From assembly GCA_005888755.1 (NCBI GenBank), contig VBBQ01000033.1:17705-79362 (forward strand): 61,658 bases of DNA, written 5' to 3'. How positions within the stretch are numbered: the first letter of the stretch is position 1; each line of letters opens with the position of its first letter. The position numbers and the translations under genes are program-made. Of this stretch, positions 49,192-60,516 are shown one piece after another. Origin of the DNA: Candidatus Bathyarchaeota archaeon (lineage in GTDB: Archaea > Thermoproteota > Bathyarchaeia > 40CM-2-53-6). The notes beneath the pieces are model-generated. The model made no database searches, was not told the origin of the DNA, and worked only from the letters and a program-made list of their open reading frames with translations.

Positions 49192-50106
49192 TTGATAAAG
49201 AAAGGCGTGATTACAGCGGCTGGACTAGGAACGCGTCTTTTGTCAGTCACGAAGGCCCAACCGAAGGAAATGCTTCCTGTCTTCGCGAGGTGTAAAGAGG
49301 GTGGCGTTTGTATGAAACCGATCGTCCAGCTGGTCTTTGAAGATTTGTACAATATGGGGATACGTGATTTTTGTTTTGTTGTGGGGCGGGGGCAGAGAAT
49401 TATTCGGGAGCACTTTACTCCTGATTTTTCCTATTTGTCCATCCTCGACAAGAGAGGCAGGAATGGATTGGCGAAGGAACTTGAGGCCTTCTACGAAATG
49501 GTGGGCCGGTCGGGTATAGCGTGGGTGAACCAGCCTGAGCCACGGGGTTTTGGGGATGCGGTCATGATTGCTGAGGGGTTTGTAGGCGGAGAATCGTTCC
49601 TCTTACATGCTGGCGACAACTTCTTTGTCTCAAAGAACCGCGACCACCTGAAACGCTTGTTGGATGCCGCTAATTCTCTTCAGGCAAGTGCCGTATTTCT
49701 AGTGCAGAAAGTGGAGAACCCGAGGTCCTACGGCGTGGTTGAGGCAAATAGCGAAGACAATGGGCTGGTTCATGTGAAACGCGTCATAGAGAAACCTGAA
49801 TCCCCCGCATCAAATCTCGCCATAATGCCCGCCTACGTGCTTAAGCCCGAGATTTTTGCGGCATTGAGCGAGACGCGGCCCGGGTACGGCGGGGAGTTGC
49901 AATTAACCGATGGTATTCAGAGAATAATCGAGAGTGGAAGGGATGTCTATGGGATAGATGTTAACTCCGATGCAGTGCGACTGGACGTCGGGTCGCCCGA
50001 ATTGTTCATGGACGCGCAAGCTCAATCCTACAAGCGCGCGGTAGAAGAAAAGTCATCCATTAACCAAGATCAATCTCGAAACTCTCGAATTCCGAAGACG
50101 GTTTGA
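49192..50106 (+). CDS. galU: Sugar-phosphate nucleotidyltransferase (GalU-like)
   Basis: [41 protein letters not shown]. Confidence 0.85.
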   Translation: MIKKGVITAAGLGTRLLSVTKAQPKEMLPVFARCKEGGVCMKPIVQLVFEDLYNMGIRDFCFVVGRGQRIIREHFTPDFSYLSILDKRGRNGLAKELEAFYEMVGRSGIAWVNQPEPRGFGDAVMIAEGFVGGESFLLHAGDNFFVSKNRDHLKRLLDAANSLQASAVFLVQKVENPRSYGVVEANSEDNGLVHVKRVIEKPESPASNLAIMPAYVLKPEIFAALSETRPGYGGELQLTDGIQRIIESGRDVYGIDVNSDAVRLDVGSPELFMDAQAQSYKRAVEEKSSINQDQSRNSRIPKTV

Positions 50107-50110
50107 GAAC

Positions 50111-51115
50111 TCACATTAGTTTTTCGACCCAGACTCTAGGAGCTTTTCTGGTAATCTCCAAGGGTAACCTATACGTTGGCTCTTGGGGTCCAAGATCTCT
50201 TGCCCAATCGACCATTTTGGAAAGGCCTTGTTTCAAAGTGTGACTTGTCTTGTAGTCTAACAAGTCCATGGATTTGCGAACTGTGCAGTAGGCGTGCTTG
50301 ACCTCGCCAGGCCGAGCGGGCTCATAGATCGGCTCCATTTCAGAGTGCATTGTCTCTAGAAGTGCGCGACAGGCATCGTTGATTGGTGTGATTTCGTCGC
50401 TTCCAATATTGATTATTTGCATGTTAGTTTTTTCGTGAAAAGCAGCGTTTGCAATGGCGGGGGTCACGTCCTCCACGTAGGAGAAGGCACGAGTCTGGTC
50501 TCCATTGCCATATATCAGGGGGGGCTTGTTTCTTAGGATTCTGTTTATCCATATTCCAAGAACGTTCCTGTATGGGTCGGCCGTATTCTGTCGCGGGCCA
50601 TATACATTGTGTGGTCTCAGTATTGTGTAGTGCAATCCATAGGTGTGTGCGAAAATCTCCAGCATTGTTTCGCAGTAGGCCTTTGCGGCTCCGTACGGGT
50701 CCTCCGGTTCTCGGGGCAGGTCCTCACGGAATGGTGGTTTTTGAGCACCATATACTGCCATAGACGAAGTGAACACGAAACTCTCCACGTCTTTATTGAT
50801 CGCCTCAACGAGAAGATTGTTCATTGGGACAATGTTGATCTCGTTTATCGCGACCGGTGAGAAGAACGATTGTCCTTCGGCTGCGTACGCAGCAAGGTGA
50901 AAAATTATGTCTGTCCCCTTAACCACCTCTTTGACTCTGTCTCTGATTCTCATGTCGGCCTTTACGAATTTGCAGTCTTTGTTGACGTTTCTTTCGCTTC
51001 CTCCAAGCAGATTGTCAGCACTTACGACCTGATGCCCTTTCTTGACGAGCTCGTCCACCAACCAGGAGCCCATGAACCCCGCCCCTCCAGTCACGAGTAC
51101 AGTTCTCGTTTCCAT
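50111..51115 (-). CDS. NAD-dependent sugar epimerase/dehydratase
   Basis: VTGGAGFMGS, SSMAVYG, YGAAK, NVYGPRQ. Confidence 0.9.
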   Translation of the reverse strand: METRTVLVTGGAGFMGSWLVDELVKKGHQVVSADNLLGGSERNVNKDCKFVKADMRIRDRVKEVVKGTDIIFHLAAYAAEGQSFFSPVAINEINIVPMNNLLVEAINKDVESFVFTSSMAVYGAQKPPFREDLPREPEDPYGAAKAYCETMLEIFAHTYGLHYTILRPHNVYGPRQNTADPYRNVLGIWINRILRNKPPLIYGNGDQTRAFSYVEDVTPAIANAAFHEKTNMQIINIGSDEITPINDACRALLETMHSEMEPIYEPARPGEVKHAYCTVRKSMDLLDYKTSHTLKQGLSKMVDWARDLGPQEPTYRLPLEITRKAPRVWVEKLM

Positions 51116-51557
51116 TCCTTACTTTCCTCGTCTGCGCCGGCCGGGCTCAGTAGTAGTTTATACATTTCTAGCAAAAAAGCGACTATTCCGGGGAGGATAG
51201 TCAGGCTCGTGCAGAAATGGAATACTTGTCCTGAAAACCCAGAAAGAGTGAAATGAAAAGAAAATGCGACAGCAAGAGTATTAGAGAAGATCAGACAAAA
51301 AAAGGCGGATCATCGGAGTACATAGGTAGCCGCATTCCCAGATAGTCATCAAGCACGGACTTCGGGTTCCTTTTGCAATGGCTCATCGTTCTCGAAGCAG
51401 ACGAACGCTTTACTGAGGGGGGCTGACCGAGCCTCAGACGGTTTCTGCCGAGAGGGCTCTTGGCAGCAGCCTGTGTTTTCTCCATAACCAGTACGCGAGC
51501 CCTGAGCCGACAGCGACTAACGTGGCGGCATAAATTGCGAGGTACCATGCCAGCTCC

Positions 51558-52330
51558 TTAGGTATTGGGTATCGGCGGTACTAGAGTGGACACGGTGAGG
51601 GTCTGGTTGTTACCCCAGTTGCCCGCTGTGTCCCCGGCTGTGATAATGAACGTGTAGCGCGTCGCTGGGGAAAGCCCGGAGAGCATGTAGGTTCGCACAG
51701 TTCTCGGAAGATAGGCGATGACCGTGGGATCCCATTTGGATTCAGTGGACCGCTTCCTCCTGGTCATCAGCGGCCGGAGCTCAGTTTAGAGTGACTCCGG
51801 TCAGGGTTGTGTTGGAAGAAGTGAAGGAGGAGCTTCCTGCTGGCCAAACAGGCGAGATGGTGTCGAAGCTTATTCCCGCCTTTGAGAAGCTGTTCCCGGA
51901 AACGCTGGCGTAGGAGGATGCATATGACGAAAGACCTGGCAGTGCTCCACCTGTGACAGTGTTCTCGGAGACGGCGGTGTGGTCTGCGTGGTCGACCGCG
52001 ATGCGGTTGTAGGTGTAAGGAGCCGGGTTTGTTAGCTTATTTTCCGGTCGGGGTTTCGTTGCTGGAGTAGGCGATGTTGATGTCGCCGACGATTGAGGAG
52101 GATACATGGTTTCCGGATATCGTATCGTTCCTTGGTGAGTACTGGGAGAGGATTCCGTAGAATCTACTGCTGGTTATGTTGTTCCCGGATATCAGGCTGT
52201 TCGCGGTATACGTCATGATTCCCGAACAGGTGTCCTAAGAAAAGTCGTCACCTGAAACGGTGACTTTGGTCGAGTGGCTAAGGAATATGCTTCTTGATCC
52301 CGTGAGATGTTATTATTTGAGACCTTGACT
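51558..52330 (-). pseudogene. Degraded surface protein gene (right-handed beta-helix repeats and fibronectin III)
   Basis: Fragments ISGNNITSSRFYGI, ISGNHVSS, VSENTVT, VSGNSFS and LSGLSPATRYTF.ITA.D.AGN, separated by stops and frameshifts. Confidence 0.7.
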
Positions 52331-52343
52331 TGGCCGGAGTGGA

Positions 52344-53486
52344 TTAACACCTGTCAAACAGGAGTTCGTACCCCCTTATGATGTCTGACCAGTTGTATGC
52401 TTCCTTTATCCGAGCTGGCCCCCACACCCTGGCCTTTTCCCTAAGGGCGAGAAGTTCCGGGTCAGCGGACTCTATCGTCTTAGCGATGGAATCGGGTTCC
52501 GGACGGAAATAGAATGCCGGAAGCTCAAGACCTTCACCGATCACTTCTCGGTTGAACTCTGTGTCCGTCCCTAAGACAACATTTCCCGCGCTGAGTGCCT
52601 CAAGTAGTGACGGGTTTGTGCCGCCCACCATGTGCCCGTGGAGATAACCAGCACAATGCCATCGAAGCATCGTTTTGATCCCTCTGTCGTAAACTGCGCC
52701 TGCCAGTATGATCCTGTCATCCTTTCTTGCAAGATCCTTTAGCCTCAAGAGGTAGGAGGGTGAAATGCAGGGACCTACCAAGAGCAGCTTTCGAGTCGTT
52801 CTTGTCTGAGCGAAACCCTGGATGATTTTGTCTATGTTGTTGTCGGGCTCCATTCGTGCTAACACAAGGTAGTAGTTATCTGGTCTCAACAGATCGACAA
52901 GGCCAGGACGCCATTTCATTATCGAGTCTGGGTCCCACGGAGGCGGAGAGATCGCCGGAGTCCCGTAGGGGAGGAATATTGGAGTCTTGCCATATGTCAG
53001 CTCGACGTATCGAGCAACACACTTTGAATCAGCAACAATCACGTTGGCTGCCGTAAGCCCCAACCTCTCGCTCATTCTGAGAAGAGACCGCGACACTCTC
53101 CCGAACTTTGGACGCTTCCACTCCATCCCATCAGAATTGACTATTAGCGTCTTTCGCAAGAATCTAGCAATCCAGAAGAAGAAACCTGCTCCGTAACCTA
53201 GCATATAGATCGCATCTACTCTCGTCCCAATCTCTATGAGAGAACGGATGTCGTAGGCGATTTCAGAGAGCGGGCGCAATGAGTCTTTCACTGGAAAATA
53301 GACCAGTTCTACACCCTGATAGCTGAGAAGATGTGGCCTGCGGGAATCCTCTTCGCAGGCAACTATGACCCCGAATCCAGCCTTTCTCAAACCAACAGCA
53401 ATCGTCTCGGCAGCGGTCTCGAACCCACCATAACGTGCGGGTAATCCGCGGGTTCCCAGAATGCCGATGCTCTTTATTCTAGTCAA
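52344..53486 (-). CDS. GT4 glycosyltransferase (DUF1972-type N-terminus)
   Basis: GTRGLPARYGGFET, DGMEWKR, ARMEPDNN, HGHMVGGTNPSLLEA. Confidence 0.9.
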   Translation of the reverse strand: MTRIKSIGILGTRGLPARYGGFETAAETIAVGLRKAGFGVIVACEEDSRRPHLLSYQGVELVYFPVKDSLRPLSEIAYDIRSLIEIGTRVDAIYMLGYGAGFFFWIARFLRKTLIVNSDGMEWKRPKFGRVSRSLLRMSERLGLTAANVIVADSKCVARYVELTYGKTPIFLPYGTPAISPPPWDPDSIMKWRPGLVDLLRPDNYYLVLARMEPDNNIDKIIQGFAQTRTTRKLLLVGPCISPSYLLRLKDLARKDDRIILAGAVYDRGIKTMLRWHCAGYLHGHMVGGTNPSLLEALSAGNVVLGTDTEFNREVIGEGLELPAFYFRPEPDSIAKTIESADPELLALREKARVWGPARIKEAYNWSDIIRGYELLFDRC

Positions 53487-53681
53487 TCAGATGCTTCCAC
53501 ACTTTGAATACCTTTTGCCCATTGAACTACGCGTAAGTTGATTATCAGCTTCATCGTGTTAAAGGTGATTGAGCAATCGAGACTAGGGAGATGTCTCGAG
53601 ATGAAGATTGTGAAGACTCGTTTCGACCGACCACCAATCGAGCCCCCTTCGAAACGTTGACGTCAAGTAGCATATCTTGAC

Positions 53682-55571
53682 CTAGCAATATGTTGTTGCG
53701 AACAGCGCGCTCCCTCCCCACCGAAACACCGGACTATGCCCGAAGCATGCAGGTGCAGAGGCGAAAAGTGCTATTTCATCCGTGTGCGCTACGACATATG
53801 TAATGTTGTAATCGCGAATAATCATAGGAACCCTTCCATCACTTGGGCTCTCGTAAAGAATTGCCATGCTCTTGTAGATCTGGATATAGTTTGCTGGCGC
53901 CACTATCGCGGCAAAATCAGCCCGATAGAGAAAATGAAGTCGCATGGAGTATACTTGCACCCAGGTTGATGTCGAATCCACATCATCATCATTCGTTATG
54001 ACCGCGGATGACGGAGAATTTGTGGCGAGCCAAAGCCCGATTTGCTTGTCATCTTGGTAGAACGCTTCAACCGGCAAGTATCGTGGCGGCAAAGAGAACA
54101 CGCTAGGTGTTCCTCCAAGCACGGGCACTGCCAAGGCACCGATCTGGACCGCGATGATAGTGGTCAGTAATAACGTCCCTAGAAGCGGGACCTTGCGACG
54201 ACGAATCCACTCAAACCTAGTCATTGGAGATGACGCGGGTAGGATGCTCCTGCCAATCACAAGATACCCAAAGATTGCTCCCAGAATTGCGAAAGGCTCA
54301 GTCAGCCTCCATAGAAAGCGTAGCGGGTCAGGAACGGGGATTCCGATCAATAGGGAATTTGTCAAGAAGAATAGTGCAGATGTCCAACCAAAGAGCATCA
54401 TAAACTCCAATGCTTTTCGCTTCAATGTTGCAATAATCCCTGCGATTCCGAGCAAGCCAAGGGTGGCTCCCGGTACCAAGGGGTCGATGTAAACTGCCGG
54501 CACGTATTGCCTCCAATTTCCAGTCATGAGCTGGGAGGCGGCGCTAGAACTGACATAAGTCGTTGTCGCGGCATACGCAAATGCCAGGAGAACCATTGTC
54601 ATCCAAAACACAAGGTGAATGCGGCCCGCAAAGATAGATCGAAGGGTCTCCCATAGTGCAGAACGAGACCGAATGTAGGAATAAGAAATTGTGAACAAAA
54701 CAACTACAGGAAGAATAACAGTCCCCAGTTGATGACTTGGAATGATCGAGACGGCGGTCAAGCCAAGAGGATAAGAGAACGAGGGAGTCCTTCGTACCCG
54801 AAGAATCGAGTAAAGTGTGGAGATCAGAAGGAGGTATCCTGCAATGTCAGGGAGGTTGCCTCTTTGTATGTACCCGTAAGGTTGGTACGCACTTCCATAG
54901 AGAAAGGCGGCTATTAACGCCGCCAACTTGGATTCTGTGATTCTCAGAGTGATTAATACAACGCCTGAAAATATCCCGATCGACCCAATTAACGTCGTAA
55001 TCCATGTGTATTCTTCTATCGGAAGGCCGGCGAGAAGGAAGAATTGTGCAAGTATCAAGTGGCCCCCGTACGTGAACTTAACTGCCTGATCGAGAGGTTC
55101 TACTGAAAAGTAGTTCGGCAACCTGCCCGTGGCTACTATAGTCTTCGCCCAAAACACGTGCTCGCCCATGTCTTCTCGATGTGTCCCAATCGCCGAATAC
55201 CAATTGAACCCAGCAACTGCGGCGGCCGTAAGGGCTAGTAGAAGCAGCTTCGGGTCTACGTGTCTTAGGTCGATTAGAAATTGTCGAAGTTTTGCCCGCG
55301 TAGCCAAATAGATCCAGAGTTTACGCCCGACTGAAACAGCACCAACAAAACCTGCTATGCAAAAAGAGGCGAGAACTGTTGTGGTGTTGATCCCGATACT
55401 GTTTCCCAGTATGTATCCGATAAGGACTACTGAGGCAAAACTCAATGAGAGGGAATAGAAGATGCTCTCTACGAAATTCGCAAACTTTAGCCTGAGGAGG
55501 CAGGAGATACTATAGCCAGGGAGGAGGAAAACTAGAACTATCGCGAGGACGGTGATAAGATAGTTTGGCAC
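53682..55571 (-). CDS. Polytopic membrane protein, GT-C/glycan-assembly-like
   Basis: FLLPG N-terminus, D..EH motif, many TMs, soluble C-terminal domain (WLATNSP, YNITYV). Confidence 0.65.
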   Translation of the reverse strand: MPNYLITVLAIVLVFLLPGYSISCLLRLKFANFVESIFYSLSLSFASVVLIGYILGNSIGINTTTVLASFCIAGFVGAVSVGRKLWIYLATRAKLRQFLIDLRHVDPKLLLLALTAAAVAGFNWYSAIGTHREDMGEHVFWAKTIVATGRLPNYFSVEPLDQAVKFTYGGHLILAQFFLLAGLPIEEYTWITTLIGSIGIFSGVVLITLRITESKLAALIAAFLYGSAYQPYGYIQRGNLPDIAGYLLLISTLYSILRVRRTPSFSYPLGLTAVSIIPSHQLGTVILPVVVLFTISYSYIRSRSALWETLRSIFAGRIHLVFWMTMVLLAFAYAATTTYVSSSAASQLMTGNWRQYVPAVYIDPLVPGATLGLLGIAGIIATLKRKALEFMMLFGWTSALFFLTNSLLIGIPVPDPLRFLWRLTEPFAILGAIFGYLVIGRSILPASSPMTRFEWIRRRKVPLLGTLLLTTIIAVQIGALAVPVLGGTPSVFSLPPRYLPVEAFYQDDKQIGLWLATNSPSSAVITNDDDVDSTSTWVQVYSMRLHFLYRADFAAIVAPANYIQIYKSMAILYESPSDGRVPMIIRDYNITYVVAHTDEIALFASAPACFGHSPVFRWGGSALFATTYC

Positions 55572-55574
55572 GAG

Positions 55575-56543
55575 TCAATTTTCCCGATGCAAGAGTCGAG
55601 CCGCCTTGTCTCTTCTGAGCCATCTAATGAGTCTGCCAACCGGGCTCTGAGCAATTGCCAAGGTGCCCAGGGTGAACGCTAGTGTTGAAGCCCCGAATCC
55701 AAGCCAGGAGAATGGCATTCTCACTAACTCGAATGACACCAGTACCGTTGTCAGAGTTCCTAATGCAAGTGTCCAACCTACTCTTGAGACCGTTTTCCTG
55801 TAACTATGCTTGGGGAGAACGATTGACAAGATTACGCGAATAATGTGGCTCACTGGGTTCAGTGTGGAGGTGTCTCCGCCGTAAGTAACTGTGATATCTC
55901 TTTCTTCTATTTTGAAACCCATCTTGGCCAGCTCGATGAGAATTTCTGAGTCAACACCCATTCCGTTTTCAGTAATCGATATGCTAGGAATCACCTTTGA
56001 AGAATATGCTCTAAAGCCGCTTTGAGTATCTCGAATGCTAGTCCCCGCGCTCCAGTTCGTGATGAGATTTAGTAGATTGTTTCCGAATCGGCGATAGAAA
56101 GGGATCTGGTTTTTCCCATTGAACCTGCAACCTACCACAACGTCAGCTAGTCCATCTAGGACCGGTCTTGTAAGCAGAGGAATGTCCGACGGATCATGCT
56201 GCCCATCACCGTCCAATGTCACAACAATGTCGGGATGGAATTTTGATGCCTCTTGCAGAAGGGTCTTTAGAGCCGCCCCTTTCCCCATATTTCGTAGGTG
56301 GGTGGTGACAGTGGCGCCGTTCTTCGAAGCTTCTGAAGCTGTGTCATCCGCTGAGCCGTCATCGCAAACAACAATTTCTGTTCCATATGTTTTAGAGCGG
56401 GAAACTATGTCTCCTATCGTAGTTTCCTCATTGAAGGCCGGTATGCATATGACAATGTCAGGACTGGAATCCGCATGAATCAGACTTCCACCTAGCCCTG
56501 TGACCAATGTCGAATTTGCAGAACCCTGCGGTGCAATCGTCAC
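55575..56543 (-). CDS. GT2 glycosyltransferase, dolichol-phosphate glycosyltransferase-like
   Basis: IPAFNEE, DDGSAD, GKGAA, DGDGQH, DTQSGFRAY, C-terminal TMs. Confidence 0.88.
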   Translation of the reverse strand: MTIAPQGSANSTLVTGLGGSLIHADSSPDIVICIPAFNEETTIGDIVSRSKTYGTEIVVCDDGSADDTASEASKNGATVTTHLRNMGKGAALKTLLQEASKFHPDIVVTLDGDGQHDPSDIPLLTRPVLDGLADVVVGCRFNGKNQIPFYRRFGNNLLNLITNWSAGTSIRDTQSGFRAYSSKVIPSISITENGMGVDSEILIELAKMGFKIEERDITVTYGGDTSTLNPVSHIIRVILSIVLPKHSYRKTVSRVGWTLALGTLTTVLVSFELVRMPFSWLGFGASTLAFTLGTLAIAQSPVGRLIRWLRRDKAARLLHREN

Positions 56544-56879
56544 TTTCTAAACCTCCGGCTCTCAGCGCTGAGCCACGTTGACCAATACTTGTACTCAGAA
56601 AGTGGCACACTCAAGAATGGCCTTTCTCTCGAGACAATGTCAGTCGCGCCAGGAGACAAAATTACATCAATTCGGGTCGCGTGAGGCAAACGCGACAAAA
56701 AGCTTTTGGTCTAGTTTCGACTGGTCAATCGACTAATCGACAATTGACGGGAAAAACATTCAACAAAAATAACTGCGGCTCTTTGCCGGTTTCATGAGAC
56801 TGAACCTATCCTTCATTGTCCCTAAACGAGGTTTTTTTTTGGCATCTGAGGGTGATATGTGAGGGCACGATTGGCTTAA

Positions 56880-57215
56880 GCTTGGTCTTGGTCGTCTGTA
56901 CTACGGCGGCACCAGCCTTAGGCGGCCGCATTGAAGGCTGAGAGGACCCTTTTGGCATTTTTCTCAAGGACGCACTTCTCGGCGGAGACCGCGGGCTCTT
57001 GGACAGCTCTCATTTCCTTCATGCTCACGTAGAGATAGATTGCAATTAATGCAGCGACGCCAAAGGCGATGCTGAGGACTGGGACCAAAACCGGGGCGAG
57101 GCTGTTGGTGTATGTTTGGAAGTATACGCCGTTAAGGGCAAGTGGCCCAAATCCATGAACCTAGAGTGGCGATAGTCCCCGGCTCGAATAGAATGATGAG
57201 CCACGCTTTCTTTAG
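56880..57215 (-). pseudogene. Degraded paralogue of the membrane protein at 60517-60975
   Basis: Fragments KKAWLIILFE and VYFQTYTNSLAPVLVPVLSIAFGV..IA.YLYV align by eye with KKAWLIIIGE and VYFQIYVNTLSPILVPALSVAFGI..IAGYLYV; boundaries approximate. Confidence 0.75.
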
Positions 57216-57229
57216 GAGGCTCCATCAGG

Positions 57230-57972
57230 TGAGATAACCCATCTCTGAGATCCTATTCTCTTAGGAGAAATTCGCGTTGGTCCGAAATTAAGGGCAGAAG
57301 TGTTACTTTGCATTTGGAACTCGGAAGGCAGACTCTCGCGAGAACAAGCAGGGTGCCCGGAGATGCACTTGGCTATGACGGAATCGCAGTCCCAAGCCGT
57401 AAGAATCAAGGTTTTAGTCTTAGGGGTGTGGTGGTGCCAAGTTCCACGAATAAAGCGGGATCGTACACATTTGGAAGAAAATAGCCATGAAGAAGAGGGT
57501 CCACCAAAGTATCGTCAACTTGTTCAGAAGAATCCCCTTTTCGCGGCTACGGCATCATCTATGTCTTGACAGAGGACAACTGTTTGCTGAGATGGTTGCC
57601 ATAGACAGCCGCGGTAGAAGCGAATATCATCTTTTTTACCGAACGTCTCAGGCAGCCTTCCAAAACGTTGAGCGACCCTTCCACATTTGTCCTATAGACA
57701 AGTTTGGGGTCTTCCAAAGATCGGTTAACGCTCACCACAGCCGCCAGATGACCACCTCATCTGGCCCCGGCAACCTCCTCGTTAGTCTTGAGTTGATCAA
57801 GTACGCTCCCCTCAAACAACTTGAATTTCGGATTTGCCATGTGCTGTCCAACACTAGATAATCGGCCGGAGGATAGGTCATCGAGAACGGTAACCTCGCT
57901 CGTTGAAATTAAGCGGTCAACCAAATTAGCTCCGGTAGATCCCAGGCAGCCAGTGTTTAAGATTCGCTTCAT
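57230..57972 (-). pseudogene. NAD-dependent epimerase (GalE-like) pseudogene
   Basis: Eroded motifs KRILNTGCLGSTG, VLDDLSSG, AAVVSVNRSLEDP, TNVEGSLNVLE, FASTAAVYG with stops and frameshifts; 3' boundary approximate. Confidence 0.75.
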
Positions 57973-57979
57973 GGGAGTA

Positions 57980-58961
57980 CTATGTGTCAAATGTTGATTC
58001 TCCTAAAAAAGTGGATTCAAAATCTAAACCTTGTCTTCTCGGCCTGAGATTCGTAACGAGGAAGCGAAGCCAAACGAGCTGAGCTGTTGGCCACCGGAGC
58101 CTATTGGGGTTCATGCGAGAAATGTTCGTGGGACGGGTTCTATGCCTGCCAGTAGAGATCTGGGAGCGTAGGTCGAGCCAAACCTCGCTTGACTCGACTC
58201 TTGTGGAGAACACATTGGGTCCCCAGTCCACCGTCTTTTGGATACCATCTGTAAATTGTAACTCGCCGGCAAACCCGGCTTTCGTGGTCTCTAATGCCTT
58301 GAAGATGTTGGAATCGAAAACATACACGGGCATGATGGCCGACTTGGATGCTGGGTTCAAAGGTTTCTCGACTAGACGCTTCACTCTCACGAGCCCGTTT
58401 TCGACAATCTCATCCTCACGATCACGAACCGCTTTGGATCCTCTACCTCCACATACAAGAACAACCCATTCGAGCCAGACCCCTCACTCGCCCTTATCAC
58501 TCGTCTCAAATGGTCGGCATTCTTTTGAAATGAAATGGCTATCACCAGCATGGACCATGAATTTGTCGACTCCGACAATCGACTTCGCCTTCAACACCGC
58601 GTCCCCAAACCCCTCTTGGGTCGGGCTGATTCACACTCGACAATGTGGACCCCTCGATCATTTTGTAGAAATGTTCTAGATCGGCTGCAGGTCCATCTCG
58701 ACCCCTACGATCCAGCATGGATACAAAGTTGAAGTTGGGAGTAAAATGATCCTCGATTGCTCTTTTGCCACGCCCAAGAATGAAGCAGAACTCGCAAACC
58801 AACCTGGCACAGCTTAAACACCAGCTAAACAATCAGCTTTAAACACGAAGCTCCATCCCCACTTTTTGCAAAACGGGCAGCATTTCCTTGGGTTGCTCCT
58901 TAGTCACTGTCAGCAATCTCGTCCCTAAACCGGCTGCAGGAATGACTGCTTTCTTTAACAA
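57980..58961 (-). pseudogene. galU: GalU-like nucleotidyltransferase pseudogene
   Basis: [30 protein letters not shown], then frameshifted pieces FCFILGRGKRAIEDHFTP, NQPDPRG, VEKP, GELQFTDGIQ. Confidence 0.85.
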
Positions 58962-59000
58962 GGGCCTTGCCCTCCAAGAGGAAGCAGAACTCTTGGAGAC

Positions 59001-59008
59001 TTTATAAT
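59001..59008 (+). promoter_or_regulatory. Putative TATA box for ugd
   Basis: TTTATAAT about 25 nt upstream of ATG 59033, within the divergent ugd/galU spacer. Confidence 0.5.
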
Positions 59009-59032
59009 TTCTATATCGGAAAGATAACGCAA

Positions 59033-60388
59033 ATGAGATCCAGGAAAACCGCGGTTTCCATCATAGGGCTTGGCTATGTCGGCCTCTGCACAGCGGCGAC
59101 CTTTGCCTCACGAGGGATCAAGATTATCGGGATAGATGTCGATAGAAAGAGAGTAGAGCAGCTTCAGAAGGGCGAGGCACCGATTTACGAACCAAAACTG
59201 GATGGATTGCTGAAGACCGCGGTCAAGAAGGGACTCTTTCAGGCAAGCGATGACATATCTCTCGTATCCAGTTCTGGCGTTATTTTCCTCACAGTTGGCA
59301 CACCCAGTCAGGGCGACGGCTCGATTGACCTGACTTTCATAAAGAACGCAACGGATAGTCTGGGTAAGTCCCTCCGGCAGCATGACGATTACCATGTTGT
59401 GGTTGTTAAGAGTACAGTTGTTCCCGGCACCACTAACAATGTCGTAAAACCATCACTGGAAGACTCAAGTAGGAAAAAAATAGGGACAGAGCTCGGGCTG
59501 TGCGCGAATCCGGAGTTTCTAAGAGAAGGAACAGCGATAGAAGACGCTCTTCATCCTGACAAGATTGTTATCGGTTCAAACGACAAAAAGTCAACCAAGG
59601 AATTAACCAAGCTCTACCGGCGATTCTATGGGTCGAGACTTTCACCGCTCTTCACGATGAGTCCAGAAGCCGCGGAACTAGTCAAGTACGCCAGCAACGC
59701 TTTCCTCGCGACAAAAGTGAGTTTCATCAACACAATCGCCAACATCGCTGAACGAACCTCAGGCGTCGATGTCGGTGTAATCGCCGACGCAATAGGTTCC
59801 GACCCGAGAATTGGAAAACTATTCCTGAAAGCAGGGCCCGGATACGGGGGAAGTTGTTTTCACAAAGATCTCCAGGCTTTGATGAACTACAGTCAGAGAA
59901 GGGGATACGATCCATTGCTATTGCGCGCGACCGAAGAAATCAATGAGAATCAAGCAATGAGGGTCGTGGAGATAGCGGAAGAACTCCTTGGATCATTACT
60001 CGAAAAGAGAGTCTCGGTCTTAGGGTTGGCGTTTAAGAGAGACACAGACGATATCCGCGAAGCTGCCTCTTTGCGAGTCATTGAAAAACTGAAACAGAGG
60101 GGCGCGCAAGTTGTTGCTTATGATCCTATGGCGATGCCTAACACTAAAGCGAAACTAGGAGATTCCATAGACTACGCTAAGAATATTCTCGGAGCTATCA
60201 AAGGAACCGATTGCGCTGTCATAATGACGGAATGGGACGCGATCCGCAAACTCAAAGCGAAGGACTTCAAAGAATACATGAGAAGCCCAAACGTTGTAGA
60301 CGCCCGGAAGGTCTATGACCCAAAGGGCTTCAGGGAGATACGTTACGCTGCCGTTGGTCTGGGACCTCTCGTTCCTGACTGCGAATAG
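59033..60388 (+). CDS. ugd: UDP-glucose/GDP-mannose 6-dehydrogenase
   Basis: [43 protein letters not shown]. Confidence 0.93.
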   Translation: MRSRKTAVSIIGLGYVGLCTAATFASRGIKIIGIDVDRKRVEQLQKGEAPIYEPKLDGLLKTAVKKGLFQASDDISLVSSSGVIFLTVGTPSQGDGSIDLTFIKNATDSLGKSLRQHDDYHVVVVKSTVVPGTTNNVVKPSLEDSSRKKIGTELGLCANPEFLREGTAIEDALHPDKIVIGSNDKKSTKELTKLYRRFYGSRLSPLFTMSPEAAELVKYASNAFLATKVSFINTIANIAERTSGVDVGVIADAIGSDPRIGKLFLKAGPGYGGSCFHKDLQALMNYSQRRGYDPLLLRATEEINENQAMRVVEIAEELLGSLLEKRVSVLGLAFKRDTDDIREAASLRVIEKLKQRGAQVVAYDPMAMPNTKAKLGDSIDYAKNILGAIKGTDCAVIMTEWDAIRKLKAKDFKEYMRSPNVVDARKVYDPKGFREIRYAAVGLGPLVPDCE

Positions 60389-60516
60389 AACTGCCTCTAA
60401 CGGTTTCAGCCAGCCTCCACTGGATGCCCGGACTTTCAGCAGGCTAGTCGGCTATGTCGAGCTTGGAGTAAGCTCTGGCTGTCTCTATCGAAGGCAATTC
60501 TGCAAGCTTCAAGGGT

